From a virus (Duplodnaviria; Caudoviricetes): a DNA stretch of 36,395 nt. Below the pieces are notes generated by a model. The model had not been told where the DNA came from. It did not search any database and saw only the letters and a list, made by a program, of their open reading frames with translations. The position numbers and the translations under genes were made by a program. This document shows, piece after piece, positions 24,651 through 33,858 of this stretch. The DNA is taken from positions 1 through 36,395 of IMG/VR virus record IMGVR_UViG_3300033076_000590; one strand, written 5' to 3'. Numbering within the stretch: position 1 is the stretch's first letter; each line of letters opens with the position of its first letter.

Positions 24651-24777
24651 GTTGGATGGTTTCGATGGTGGTGAAACGGTGGAGGTTGGCGCACTCATAG
24701 CGTCGCCGTACGGAGCCATCGGGTCGCGGACGAGTCTCGAGGACGCTAGTCCAAGATCCGCAAGTAGGGCATTGCAT
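24565..24777 (-). CDS. NrdR-N / Ogr-like zinc-ribbon protein
   Basis: MQCPTCG..T.VLETR.....RRRYECAN.HRFTT.E. Overlaps DUF3310 by 86 nt. Confidence 0.75.
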   Translation of the reverse strand: MQCPTCGSWTSVLETRPRPDGSVRRRYECANLHRFTTIETIQHVRSKQDPSGRQPLQSQNDSALGLHRSQ

Positions 24778-24787
24778 GCGGCGTCGA

Positions 24788-24994
24788 TCATTTGACTGTT
24801 GTGAGGTAGCAGACCAGGAAGCCGCAGGCAAAGGCCAACGTGACGTACAGCCAGAACTCAGCCTGGGCCTGGCCGTCACTCTTGCTGCCTTCCATCCATT
24901 CCCAGCGCTGGCGCGATTCGACGCCCTCGACTGTGTTGGGGAATGCTTCCTGCATGGTGCGGGGGTACTTGCGGGTGGTGGTGTTGACGTTCAT
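24788..24994 (-). CDS. Small protein with C-terminal TM
   Basis: TTRKYPRTMQEAFP motif, FWLYVTLAFACGFLVCYL helix, ATGA overlap. Confidence 0.7.
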   Translation of the reverse strand: MNVNTTTRKYPRTMQEAFPNTVEGVESRQRWEWMEGSKSDGQAQAEFWLYVTLAFACGFLVCYLTTVK

Positions 24995-25209
24995 TTCGCA
25001 GCTCCCTTGCGTGATGCTGGGTCGATCTTCATGCCCTCGGGGGCGTGCTCGTTGAAGATGACGTAGTCGGGGTCGAGCTTGTCTTGCAGTGCTGCAATTT
25101 CGAACCACTCGTCGCGGCCTTTGTTGTATTCAATGCCGCTGTCTGCGTACATGTAGTACCAGTCGTGGTTCTCGAGTTTCTTGATGTAGTTTTCAAGTTG
25201 GGTTGCCAT
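24991..25209 (-). CDS. First gene of the early leftward operon, hypothetical (HDWYY motif)
   Basis: TAAGGAG RBS, ATG at 25209, L..HDWYY.Y.D motif seen in small phage early proteins. Confidence 0.75.
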   Translation of the reverse strand: MATQLENYIKKLENHDWYYMYADSGIEYNKGRDEWFEIAALQDKLDPDYVIFNEHAPEGMKIDPASRKGAAK

Positions 25210-25234
25210 CGTTGAGCTCCTTAGTTGCGTTGTC

Positions 25235-25275
25235 GATGGAGTGACTATAACTCCACGATGAGCAAATCCCAACAC
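25235..25275 (-). promoter_or_regulatory. Early leftward promoter with overlapping operator
   Basis: TTGGGA-N17-TATAGT on the minus strand. Imperfect palindrome GATGAG-N5-CCCAAC at 25257-25273. Confidence 0.7.
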
Positions 25276-25320
25276 TCAACACAAAAAAAGTTGAACTGAA
25301 AACCCTAGGAGAAGAAAGTA

Positions 25321-25905
25321 TTACTGCGGCTTAATCCAGAGGATGCGAGAGGCCCACACCACGTTCGCGTCGGTGCGGCTTGCCTGGCCGCCAGCACCGT
25401 TGATGAGGTTGAACGTGCCAGTGCGGTAGCCGCGCTGCAGGAACGCGATGATGTGCTCGCCGTTCTCGAGGGCTACGCAGCAGAGCTGGCCCATGTGTGC
25501 GCGTGGATCGTCCTCGGCCGGCGACACAAACAACATCCACCCGTCGTGCGGGTGGCCAGGCGATCGCTTCTGTAGCGCGTACGTCCCCTCGGGGCAGTCA
25601 GCAGGGCCAACGACCTTGTCGTAGGTGCGCCGAGGGAACAGCGTGACTACCTCGTCTTTATCAACGTGGCCAGTGACCTTCACATGGCGCACGTCGTCGC
25701 TCACAGCGATGCCGGCCTGGCGTAGCACCTCGGTAGTCTTCACGCCCAGCACGATGCCGATCTGGTGTGCTTCCTCGTTGGTCATGCGTCGCTGGCCACG
25801 CAGCATCAGCGACACTGCGGCCGGGTCCAGCTCGAGCAGCTGGGCGAGCTTGCGTTGTGAGAGCTTCTTGGAAGCTAATACCTGACGAAACCACTCGGTA
25901 TTCAT
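25321..25905 (-). CDS. CI-like repressor (XRE HTH plus degenerate S24-like domain)
   Basis: LSQRKLAQLLELDPAAVSLMLRGQR HTH, GAGGTG RBS before ATG 25905, divergent from the Cro-like gene. Confidence 0.85.
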   Translation of the reverse strand: MNTEWFRQVLASKKLSQRKLAQLLELDPAAVSLMLRGQRRMTNEEAHQIGIVLGVKTTEVLRQAGIAVSDDVRHVKVTGHVDKDEVVTLFPRRTYDKVVGPADCPEGTYALQKRSPGHPHDGWMLFVSPAEDDPRAHMGQLCCVALENGEHIIAFLQRGYRTGTFNLINGAGGQASRTDANVVWASRILWIKPQ

Positions 25906-25931
25906 TGACACCTCTTTTGGGTCCTCGTCAA

Positions 25932-25979
25932 GACTGACATAAACTCTGCGTTGAGTCAATCGCAACACATTAGGAGAAT
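25932..25979. promoter_or_regulatory. Divergent cI/cro promoters with operator GTTGAG-N5-CGCAAC (25950-25966)
   Basis: Minus strand TTGCGA-N17-TTATGT and plus strand TTGAGT-N17-GAGAAT both overlap the palindrome. Confidence 0.6.
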
Positions 25980-25986
25980 CATCAGC

Positions 25987-26229
25987 ATGACCATTCCAGT
26001 TATCCATAAGCTCGAGCCCGCTTACACAGTGATTGAAAAGCTAGGGGGCAAGAGCGCCGTGGCTGCCGAGCTGGCGCTCGACAAGTCCACGCTCTCGCGC
26101 TGGTGCAAGCCAAGTCCTGGCGGCACCGGTGGTCTGATCCCGCAGCGGTACTGGCCGCAGCTGATCGCGATGGCACGCAAGCAAGACGTGACCATCAACG
26201 TAATGGAGCTTGTCGCCGTTGAGGTGTGA
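25987..26229 (+). CDS. Cro-like HTH protein
   Basis: IEKLGGKSAVAAELALDKSTLSRW...GG.IP..YW, AGGAG RBS, divergent from the repressor. Confidence 0.85.
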   Translation: MTIPVIHKLEPAYTVIEKLGGKSAVAAELALDKSTLSRWCKPSPGGTGGLIPQRYWPQLIAMARKQDVTINVMELVAVEV

Positions 26230-28358
26230 GCATGGTCGTCGGAGCACCTACGATGACCAACAGCGACTTCCTCGCCGAGATCTACGGCGAGCTTGAACCC
26301 GGCACTCATGGCTGGGTGTGCAGCTTCAGAGCTGACCCAGGCAACGCGCCCCCGCTGGTGTGGGCTGGCCGCGCTTACAAAGGCATGCCGCAACAGGCGG
26401 CCTTGATCGATAGAGCCGAGCATGACAACGCGTACTTCTGCACGTCCATCCTCACTGCCACGGAGGATGGGGAAATTGTTCGGCGCAAAGACGCGTTTGT
26501 GCGTCTTGCGGTCCTTGTTCTGGATGACGTGCAGCTCACTGACGTGCAGGCCTACTCGTACGCCCTGCAGACCAGTCCCGGCAAGTTCCAGATAGGTATT
26601 TTTCTCGATGGTGAAGATACTGATTGCTCAAATAGAGCGCTGATTGACCGGGTAATGAGCGCGCTCGCAGCTCGCGGCCGATCGAACGACGCCTCGGGCA
26701 ACGCATGCGTCCGCTATGTGAGACTTCCCGTCGGCGCCAACACCAAACCACGCGCAGCCGGCGAGTGGTCTGTGCGTCTCGAAATGTGGAACCCCAACGT
26801 GCGCTGGTCGCTCGATGACGCGTGCGCTGCGGTTGGCATCGACCTCGATAGCTTGCGCATCTCAGCTCAGCTGCCGAAAGCCTCGCCTTCATCAACAGGC
26901 CAACAAAATCATGCAGGCGAGATGATCGCCGGCCTGACTGACCCCAACCCAGGCGCACGCGTCTACCACGACAGCATCACGCGCCTGGCCGCCAGCCTGG
27001 TCAGTGGTGGCATGTTCCCTGGTGCTGCGGTGGACTTCCTGTACTCGCTCATGGACAACAACCGCCCTGGTGACCATGAGGAGCTGCGTCGCTGGGAGCA
27101 GCGTCGTGCAGAGATCCCACGCGCAGTGAAGAGCGCAGAGAAGTTCGCGCCCGAGGAGCGTAAGCCACCGACCATCAACATCAACCTGGGCACAAGCTCA
27201 CCTGATGAGCCTGCACCAGAGGCCAAGCCCGGCGACCTCGAGCCAATGGACTGGGGCAGCCTGGCCCACACGCAGCCAGAGCCAACCAACTGGCGGTACG
27301 ACGGCTGGCTGCCCGAGGGCACGGTCACTCTGCTCAGCGCCAACGGCGGTGTGGGCAAGTCCAACCTGTCATTGCAGCTGGGCGTGGCACTGGCTCACGG
27401 CATGAGCCTGTTCGACATCCAGACCAAGCCATCCAAAGTTCTCATCCTCTCTGGAGAGGATGAATCACGCACGGTGCACTTCCGCGTCGCCAACATCTGC
27501 GCAGACCTTGGCATCTCGATGACCGAGCTGCGCGATCGCCTGGTGGTGTACGACCTGACCCAGGCCGACTGCGTGTTGTGGAAGGACGGCACGGTCACCG
27601 AGCGCATGCAGTGGCTGGCCGACACCACGGTGCGCCTGAAGGCCGAGGTGCTGATCATCGACAACGCGTCTGACGTGTTCGCGGACAACGAGAACGACCG
27701 CACCGCAGTGCGTGGGTTCATGCGCTCACTCAACCTGATCGCGCACGTCACGCGTGCGGCCGTGCTGCTGTTGGCCCACGTCGACAAGGCCAGCGTGCGC
27801 GGTGGGGCAGGCCTTGACACCAACACCACGTTCTCAGGGTCCACCGCCTGGAACAACAGTGCACGCTCTCGCTGGGCGATGGTGCGGGACGCGGACACCG
27901 TGGTGCTCAGACATGAGAAGTGCAACCTGGGTCCGCTCCAGGAAGAGCTGCGCATCGAGTTCGATCCAGGCGCCAAGGTGTTCAAGAAGTTCGGCACAAG
28001 CCCAGGCCTCAAGGCTGCGGCCACGGTGATGCGAAACACGCATCGCGCTGCGATTCTCAAACTGATCGGACGTGCGGCCAACGCAGGCCTGAACCTGTCA
28101 CTGCGCGCCAACTCACCGCAGAACAACATCTGGCACTTGCTCAAGGATGAGACGGACATGCCACGCATGGACCGTCGCGAGTTCTTTGGGCATCTGCGTG
28201 ACCTCGAGCGCGAGCGCCTGATCGAGGAGCAGGAATACAAGAAGTCCAACCGCATGCCAGGCCAGCGCGTCGTGCTGACCAGCGCAGGCGAGGCCCGTGT
28301 GGCAGTTGGATCAGGGGCAGCGCCTACATGGGCACAACGTGAAGGAGAAGATGAATGA
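26226..28358 (+). CDS. Primase-helicase (RepB-like primase plus AAA_25/RepA-type helicase)
   Basis: LVLDD, TSPG.FQ and R.VRLP.G.N.K primase motifs. Walker A NGGVGKS, LIIDN and GSTAW.N..R helicase motifs. Confidence 0.9.
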   Translation: MSMVVGAPTMTNSDFLAEIYGELEPGTHGWVCSFRADPGNAPPLVWAGRAYKGMPQQAALIDRAEHDNAYFCTSILTATEDGEIVRRKDAFVRLAVLVLDDVQLTDVQAYSYALQTSPGKFQIGIFLDGEDTDCSNRALIDRVMSALAARGRSNDASGNACVRYVRLPVGANTKPRAAGEWSVRLEMWNPNVRWSLDDACAAVGIDLDSLRISAQLPKASPSSTGQQNHAGEMIAGLTDPNPGARVYHDSITRLAASLVSGGMFPGAAVDFLYSLMDNNRPGDHEELRRWEQRRAEIPRAVKSAEKFAPEERKPPTININLGTSSPDEPAPEAKPGDLEPMDWGSLAHTQPEPTNWRYDGWLPEGTVTLLSANGGVGKSNLSLQLGVALAHGMSLFDIQTKPSKVLILSGEDESRTVHFRVANICADLGISMTELRDRLVVYDLTQADCVLWKDGTVTERMQWLADTTVRLKAEVLIIDNASDVFADNENDRTAVRGFMRSLNLIAHVTRAAVLLLAHVDKASVRGGAGLDTNTTFSGSTAWNNSARSRWAMVRDADTVVLRHEKCNLGPLQEELRIEFDPGAKVFKKFGTSPGLKAAATVMRNTHRAAILKLIGRAANAGLNLSLRANSPQNNIWHLLKDETDMPRMDRREFFGHLRDLERERLIEEQEYKKSNRMPGQRVVLTSAGEARVAVGSGAAPTWAQREGEDE

Positions 28359-28651
28359 CACCGACAGAATGGAAAGAAGCACAGCTGGCACAGCCAGAGC
28401 AGGAGCCTGTGGCGTGGATTACAAAAACAGGAAGCGTTTGGAAAACTAAATGGGATGATTCAGACATCCCACTTTACACCACCCAACCACAGCATTTCGC
28501 TAATGCTCGCAAGCCGCTGACGGATGAGCAACGTAAAAACATGGGGGACAAGTACGGCGGCAAACTGCACCGTCCTGATTCAGCGGCTTATTGGTACTTC
28601 AAAGGCATTGACGACACCGAAGCCGCCCACGGCATTAAGGGGGACGCATGA
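28355..28651 (+). CDS. Hypothetical protein (QEPVAW...PLYT mosaic family)
   Basis: QPEQEPVAW, IPLYT, RKPLTDE and EAAHGIK motifs. ATGA overlaps. Confidence 0.75.
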   Translation: MTPTEWKEAQLAQPEQEPVAWITKTGSVWKTKWDDSDIPLYTTQPQHFANARKPLTDEQRKNMGDKYGGKLHRPDSAAYWYFKGIDDTEAAHGIKGDA

Positions 28652-28923
28652 CACGCAAACCTATTGGGGTGACAGCCCCATATCGCAAGGACGAGAAAGC
28701 GGGCGCGGTGGCGTACATCCACCGCAATGAATACAACGAGTACAGGCTTGAGCCGTCGGACGACTTCAAGGTCACAAGCCTTCCGCTCAATACGGAAGTG
28801 CCGCTCTACACATCGGAGCAGATCAACGCCAAGCTCGAGGCGATGGCCGTCGAGTGCGAGCGCATGCCGTTTGGTGACACTGGTGCGTCGTTCGCTGCAT
28901 GGATCAGGGGGCACAAGCTATGA
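28648..28923 (+). CDS. Hypothetical protein
   Basis: ATGA overlaps at both ends. FGDT.ASFA.WIR motif. Confidence 0.7.
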   Translation: MTRKPIGVTAPYRKDEKAGAVAYIHRNEYNEYRLEPSDDFKVTSLPLNTEVPLYTSEQINAKLEAMAVECERMPFGDTGASFAAWIRGHKL

Positions 28924-29054
28924 AGTGGCTATGCAAGATTGGCCTGCACAAGTGGGTCTATTCAACCTTGTTCGACATGCAGCGCGACTGCAAGTGCTGC
29001 GGCAAGCGCCAGTATTTCCATCAGGACAGAGACTTTATTGGGAGGTGGGTATGA
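28920..29054 (+). CDS. 44-aa zinc-finger-like protein (DUF1660-like)
   Basis: MKWLCKIGLHKW...RDCKCCGKRQ. ATGA overlaps at both ends. Confidence 0.65.
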   Translation: MKWLCKIGLHKWVYSTLFDMQRDCKCCGKRQYFHQDRDFIGRWV

Positions 29055-29278
29055 GCACATCAGACAGCGGCAAAGGCAGCGATCGACGGCCAGGTGAAGG
29101 CTATCAGGATGGCTGGGATCGGATCTTTGGGCAGCGTTCTGCTCCTCATGCTCCTCACCTGCTCTTCACTTGCTCCTCATGTGCGGTGCAGTGCGAAGCG
29201 GATGCAACGCACCCCCCGCAGGGGTGCGGTGCAACGCACTGCAAAGTGAATACGAAAGGTATCGAAAATGGGGGTTAA
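29051..29278 (+). CDS. Small conserved phage protein (GKGS..RP...WDRIF) extended through the repeat region
   Basis: GGAGGT RBS, ATG at 29051, SGKGSDRRPGEGYQDGWDRIFG. Confidence 0.6.
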   Translation: MSTSDSGKGSDRRPGEGYQDGWDRIFGQRSAPHAPHLLFTCSSCAVQCEADATHPPQGCGATHCKVNTKGIENGG

Positions 29279-29327
29279 AAAAGTGCACCGCACTCACTTA
29301 GATAGGGTGTGGGTGGGGTGCGGTGCA
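29140..29327. repeat. Direct and inverted repeat cluster, candidate replication origin
   Basis: TGCTC(C/T)TCA x4 at 29140-29179. GTGCG(G/T)TGCA x6 in both orientations at 29181-29327. Confidence 0.6.
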
Positions 29328-29350
29328 GATTTAGATTTTGGAGGTGAATC

Positions 29351-29539
29351 ATGGTTGATTGGGAGATGAGGGCCAGGCAGCTGGCTGAGAACTTGCGGAC
29401 GGTTTCGGTGGTGCTTGGCTTGGTTGTGACCTACGGAGCATGCAAGGCCGAGGGTTGGGATTTGGTCGTCGCTTGGCTTTTGTTGGGGTGGTTTGCGGTG
29501 ACGGCCTTTGTCAGCGCTGGTGAGAAAATGCAGTCATGA
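29351..29539 (+). CDS. Small two-TM membrane protein
   Basis: GGAGGTG RBS, two hydrophobic stretches, ATGA overlap with terS. Confidence 0.65.
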   Translation: MVDWEMRARQLAENLRTVSVVLGLVVTYGACKAEGWDLVVAWLLLGWFAVTAFVSAGEKMQS

Positions 29540-30081
29540 TGAAAACGCAACAAGATGACCAGCGAATGATCCAGGCTGCGCTGCTCCAAGCAGCGTTTGA
29601 TGCTGCGGCAGAGTCACCGTTGAGCGAGCCGGAAAAAAGAGAGGGAAACGAGAAAGCAGGGGCGAAGAGCGGCGGCGTGAGCCCGCTCACCGGTGCGCCC
29701 ACGCCGCCGGGTCGACCCAAGGGCGTGCGCAACAAGCTCACCAACCTGCGCGACGCGGTGCTCGAGGCCTTCGACACGGTCGGCGGGCCTGAGTACCTGG
29801 TGCGGCTGGCCAACGGCACGCAGAGCGACCGAGCTGCGTTCATCAGCGTGGTCAACAAGGTGCTGCCGAGCCAGATCAACGCGAACGTGGAGGGCGGCAT
29901 CCAGGTGCAGCTGAGCTGGTTGGCCAACCGGTCGATCGGCACAACTCAGGCACAAGTTGTCGAGGAGCGCACGGAAGTCATTGATTTAGAACGGGATTCC
30001 GGCGGCAAGTACCGGATTAAAGATCCGACGGACACACCGACACCGGCGGCAGAGGGGCAGGAAGGGGTCAAAGATGTCTGA
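29536..30081 (+). CDS. terS: Terminase small subunit
   Basis: GRPKG.RNK.T..LRDAVLEAF..VGG.EYL...A......F.....KVLP motif, upstream of terL. Confidence 0.8.
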   Translation: MMKTQQDDQRMIQAALLQAAFDAAAESPLSEPEKREGNEKAGAKSGGVSPLTGAPTPPGRPKGVRNKLTNLRDAVLEAFDTVGGPEYLVRLANGTQSDRAAFISVVNKVLPSQINANVEGGIQVQLSWLANRSIGTTQAQVVEERTEVIDLERDSGGKYRIKDPTDTPTPAAEGQEGVKDV

Positions 30082-30271
30082 GGCTACTACCCCCTTGACC
30101 ACACCACGATCGTCGCTCCTTGCCCTGTCTGCTGCGGTCCTGGCCGTGTCTGCGCGTGCGTGGCTGGGCCGACCCCCATCCCCCCTCGAGCCGGGGCAGG
30201 GGGTCGAGCTTGAGCAGGGGCCCCCCGCCCTTTTTCAGTACCCCCAAAACCCCTGTTGAGGAATCCTCACC

Positions 30272-31609
30272 ATGAACCTCAACGAATACACCCCCCGTGC
30301 CCCGTTCGTCCCGCTGCACAACCGTGACAAGCGTTGGACGGTGGTGGTGGCGCACCGGCGTGCCGGCAAGACCGTGAGCATGTGCGCCGACCTGGTGATC
30401 GGTGCGCTCGAGACGGCCCTGCCCAAACCGCAGTTCGCGTACCTCGCACCCCAGCGTGACCAGGCCAAGCGCGTGGCGTGGTCGTACCTCAAAGACCTGA
30501 CGCGTCCGTTCTGGTCCAAGCCGCCCAACGAGTCGGAGCTGAAGATCACGGTGAACAACGCGCACGCCGGCGAGAGCACGATCTTCGTGGCCGGCGCGGA
30601 CAACTACGACGCCCTGCGGGGTATGTACTTCGACGGCGTGGTGATGGACGAGATGGGGCAGATGCGCCCGTCGGCCTGGTACACGGTGCTGCGTCCTGCG
30701 CTCTCAGACAGGCGAGGCTGGGCGATCTTCGCGGGTACACCTGCAGGCAAGAACCTGTTCTGGAATTTGAGGGAGGAGGCCCGCCTCAACCCCAACACGC
30801 ACATGCTGCTGGAGCTGCCGGCCAGCAAGACGGGAATCATTCACCCCGACGAACTCGCGGACGCCAAGGCTCAGATGACCGAGGAGGCGTTCGCGGTTGA
30901 ATACGAGTGCTCGTTCGACGCCGCCGTGCCTGGCGCGTACTACGCCAAGCAGATTGGCGAGGCGTACGAGCAGGGGCGCATTGGCAAGTTCCCGGTGGAC
31001 CCTGAGTTCAAAGTCAACCTGGTGGCCGACTTGGGTTTCACTGACTCGTGCAGCTGGTGGGGCTGGCAGGAGACGCCCGACGGCTACCGGATTGTCGATT
31101 TCATGGAGGACGACAACCAGCCGATCAAGCACTACATCGATTGGGTGAAGTCGCGGCCGTACAAGGTCGGGCAGGTGTTCCTGCCGCACGACGCCCGGGC
31201 CAAGTCACTGCAGACCGGCAAGTCGATCATCGAGCAGTTCCTGAGTAACGGCATCACGCCCCAGATCGTGACCGAGATGTCGCTGCAGGACGGGATCGAG
31301 GCGGCGCGTCTGATCCTGCCTGACTGCTGGTTCGATGAGGACGTGACGTACGACGGCGTCGACCACCTGCGTGCGTACATGCGCGAGTGGGACGAGAGGA
31401 CGCAGACGTACCGCAACAAGCCAAAGCACGACCAGCACTCGCACGCGTCGGACTCGTTCAGGTACTTGGCCTTAGCTGCGCGCAAGAAAATGAGAAAAAC
31501 TGGACATGTATCTAAAATCGCATCACAGCAGTCCAAGGGCGCGCACTACAAGTTCGCCCTGGACGATATTTGGGAGACAGCTCCCGTCCAGTCAGGAAGG
31601 ATTGGTTGA
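30272..31609 (+). CDS. terL: Terminase large subunit
   Basis: Walker A HRRAGKT, Walker B VVMDE, GTP coupling motif, nuclease motifs ADLG..D and H..D.FRY. Confidence 0.95.
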   Translation: MNLNEYTPRAPFVPLHNRDKRWTVVVAHRRAGKTVSMCADLVIGALETALPKPQFAYLAPQRDQAKRVAWSYLKDLTRPFWSKPPNESELKITVNNAHAGESTIFVAGADNYDALRGMYFDGVVMDEMGQMRPSAWYTVLRPALSDRRGWAIFAGTPAGKNLFWNLREEARLNPNTHMLLELPASKTGIIHPDELADAKAQMTEEAFAVEYECSFDAAVPGAYYAKQIGEAYEQGRIGKFPVDPEFKVNLVADLGFTDSCSWWGWQETPDGYRIVDFMEDDNQPIKHYIDWVKSRPYKVGQVFLPHDARAKSLQTGKSIIEQFLSNGITPQIVTEMSLQDGIEAARLILPDCWFDEDVTYDGVDHLRAYMREWDERTQTYRNKPKHDQHSHASDSFRYLALAARKKMRKTGHVSKIASQQSKGAHYKFALDDIWETAPVQSGRIG

Positions 31610-33846
31610 TGGATCAAGGAAGTATCACCAGCGCGAGTGATTTCAAGAACACACCGGTGGGCCTTGCTCAGCGGTGGGGCAAAGAGATCGCCGCCTCCAA
31701 GCAGGAACTGACCAAGTTCCACGAAGACGCACGACGCATCGTGCATCGATACCTCGACAAGCGCGACGACTTTGGCAAAGACCAGTCACGCGTGAACCTG
31801 TTTTGGTCGACCATGCAGGTTCTGTTGTCGATGTTGTACGCCCGCCCCCCGCGTGCTGACGTTGCACGCAGCTGGCAAGACAGCGAAGACGACCAGGCGC
31901 GCGTCGCTGGCACGATTCTGCAGCGCTTGCTCAACCGTTCGTTTGACGACAACGTCTCTGCATGGGACGCGACGGTACGAAACGGCATTGAGGACTGGCT
32001 GACCGTTGGCATGGGCCAGCTGTGGCTGCGCTACGAGGTCAAGACCGAGCCGTACACCATCGATGCTGTGATCGATCCGGTCACCGGCCAGGAGTTAAGC
32101 CCCGCATCAGAGGCCGAGCGCATCGTCGAGGAGAGCGCTCCCTGTGATTACGTCTTCTGGGGCGATTTTTTCTGGTCACCTGCACGCACATGGCAGGAGG
32201 TTCGCTGGGTAGCCCGTCGCGTTTACATGACCAAGGACCAACTCACCGAGCGTTTTGGTGAAGAGATCGCCAAGGTTGTGCCCCTGCAGCGTCCGACAGC
32301 GCGAAATCAAGACACCCGCAACGACGCACCTCAGTACGACCCCTGGAACAAGGCCGAAATTTTCGAAATTTGGTGCAGAGAGTCCAAGAAGGTCTACTGG
32401 TACACGCAGGGCGCCGACGTAATTCTCGATGTGAAGGACGATCCGCTGGGCCTGGAGGAGTTTTTCCCATGTCCCAAGCCGTTGGTGGCCAACGCGACCA
32501 CCAGCAACTTCATGCCTCGCGCCGATTACATCTTTGCGCAGGACCAGTTCAACGAACTGGACGAAATCAACACCCGCATCACCTGGCTGACCCGCGCCGC
32601 CAAGATTGCCGGCGTGTACGACAAGACTGCAGGCGACTCTGTTGGCCGCATGTTCTCGCAGGCAGCCGAAAACCAGCTGATTCCTGTCGACAACTGGGCG
32701 ATGTTTGCCGAGTCCGGTGGTGTGAAGGGAAAAATCGACTTTGCACCGATCGACCAGGTGGTCAACTGCATCAACCAGCTGCGTCAGTACCGCCAAGACA
32801 AGGTCATGCAGATCTACGAGGTGCTTGGCGTGTCCGATGTGATGCGCGGCAGCTCAAAGGCCAGCGAAACGGCCACCGCTCAGCAGATCAAGGCGCAGTT
32901 CGGCTCGACTCGCGTGCAGTTGAAGCAGTTCTACATCGCAGAGTGGATCACCAACGCCTTGCGCATCAAGGCCGAGATCATCTGCAAGCACTGGCAGCCT
33001 GAAACCATCATCCAACGCAGCAACATCGAGCGCACGCCCGACGCGCAGTACGCGATGCAGGCGATCGAGCTGCTCAAGAACGAGGAGATGGCCGAGTACC
33101 GCATCAACATCGAGGCCGACTCGATGGCCGCCCTCGATTGGGCTGCAGAGCGTGACGCTGCCGTGCAGTTTCTCCAAGGCATGGGCGCTTTCATCTCCCA
33201 GGTCGCACCGATGGCCCAACAAAATCCTGGTGCAGCGCCTGTACTGATGAAGCTGCTGCAGTGGGGTGTTGCGAAGTTCCGCGTGTCCACCGAAATCGAG
33301 TCCGTGCTCGACCAGGCGATCTCATCGATGCAGCAAAAGATGATGGAGCCAACCGCGCCTCCACAGCCAACGATCGAACAGCAGATCGAGATGCAGAAGA
33401 TCGAGAGCAACGAAAAGATCGCTCTCATGGAGTCGCAGACCGACAAGGAAATCGCTGCGCTCAAGGGCACGATCGAGATGCAGAAGATCGAGATGAAGGC
33501 CAAGATGGATCAGATCAGCGAGCAGTTCACCACCATGAAGGACTTGCTCTCGCTGAACCCCGACGCTGGCACAAAGCTCGGAGAGTTGCTCGACAACGTG
33601 AGCGCAATCGCTCAAGGCGCGGTCAACACCCAGCAACAAACGCAGGCCCAGATGGCCACGCTGATGGACGCAGTCAGCCGCAAGAAGAAGCGCGTGCCGA
33701 TTCGCAACCAGGACGGCGACATTGTCGAAGTGCGCGAGGTGGACGACGACCTGTTGCCTGGCACACAGGCGGCACTCACCGGCGGCGCTCCACTTCCACC
33801 TGCGGTCACCCCTCAGATCGCCCAGCAACCTCAGATGCCTGTTTGA
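31609..33846 (+). CDS. Portal protein
   Basis: 745 aa from ATG 31609 (TGATG overlap), follows terL, ETATAQQIK motif, long C-terminal helical barrel as in P22-like portals. Confidence 0.88.
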   Translation: MDQGSITSASDFKNTPVGLAQRWGKEIAASKQELTKFHEDARRIVHRYLDKRDDFGKDQSRVNLFWSTMQVLLSMLYARPPRADVARSWQDSEDDQARVAGTILQRLLNRSFDDNVSAWDATVRNGIEDWLTVGMGQLWLRYEVKTEPYTIDAVIDPVTGQELSPASEAERIVEESAPCDYVFWGDFFWSPARTWQEVRWVARRVYMTKDQLTERFGEEIAKVVPLQRPTARNQDTRNDAPQYDPWNKAEIFEIWCRESKKVYWYTQGADVILDVKDDPLGLEEFFPCPKPLVANATTSNFMPRADYIFAQDQFNELDEINTRITWLTRAAKIAGVYDKTAGDSVGRMFSQAAENQLIPVDNWAMFAESGGVKGKIDFAPIDQVVNCINQLRQYRQDKVMQIYEVLGVSDVMRGSSKASETATAQQIKAQFGSTRVQLKQFYIAEWITNALRIKAEIICKHWQPETIIQRSNIERTPDAQYAMQAIELLKNEEMAEYRINIEADSMAALDWAAERDAAVQFLQGMGAFISQVAPMAQQNPGAAPVLMKLLQWGVAKFRVSTEIESVLDQAISSMQQKMMEPTAPPQPTIEQQIEMQKIESNEKIALMESQTDKEIAALKGTIEMQKIEMKAKMDQISEQFTTMKDLLSLNPDAGTKLGELLDNVSAIAQGAVNTQQQTQAQMATLMDAVSRKKKRVPIRNQDGDIVEVREVDDDLLPGTQAALTGGAPLPPAVTPQIAQQPQMPV

Positions 33847-33858
33847 TAGGAGAACGAA

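Noticed and set aside
30074-30259. 61-aa ORF between terS and terL
   Set aside because: Low-complexity Pro-rich translation of homopolymer runs. Not supportable as a gene from sequence alone.
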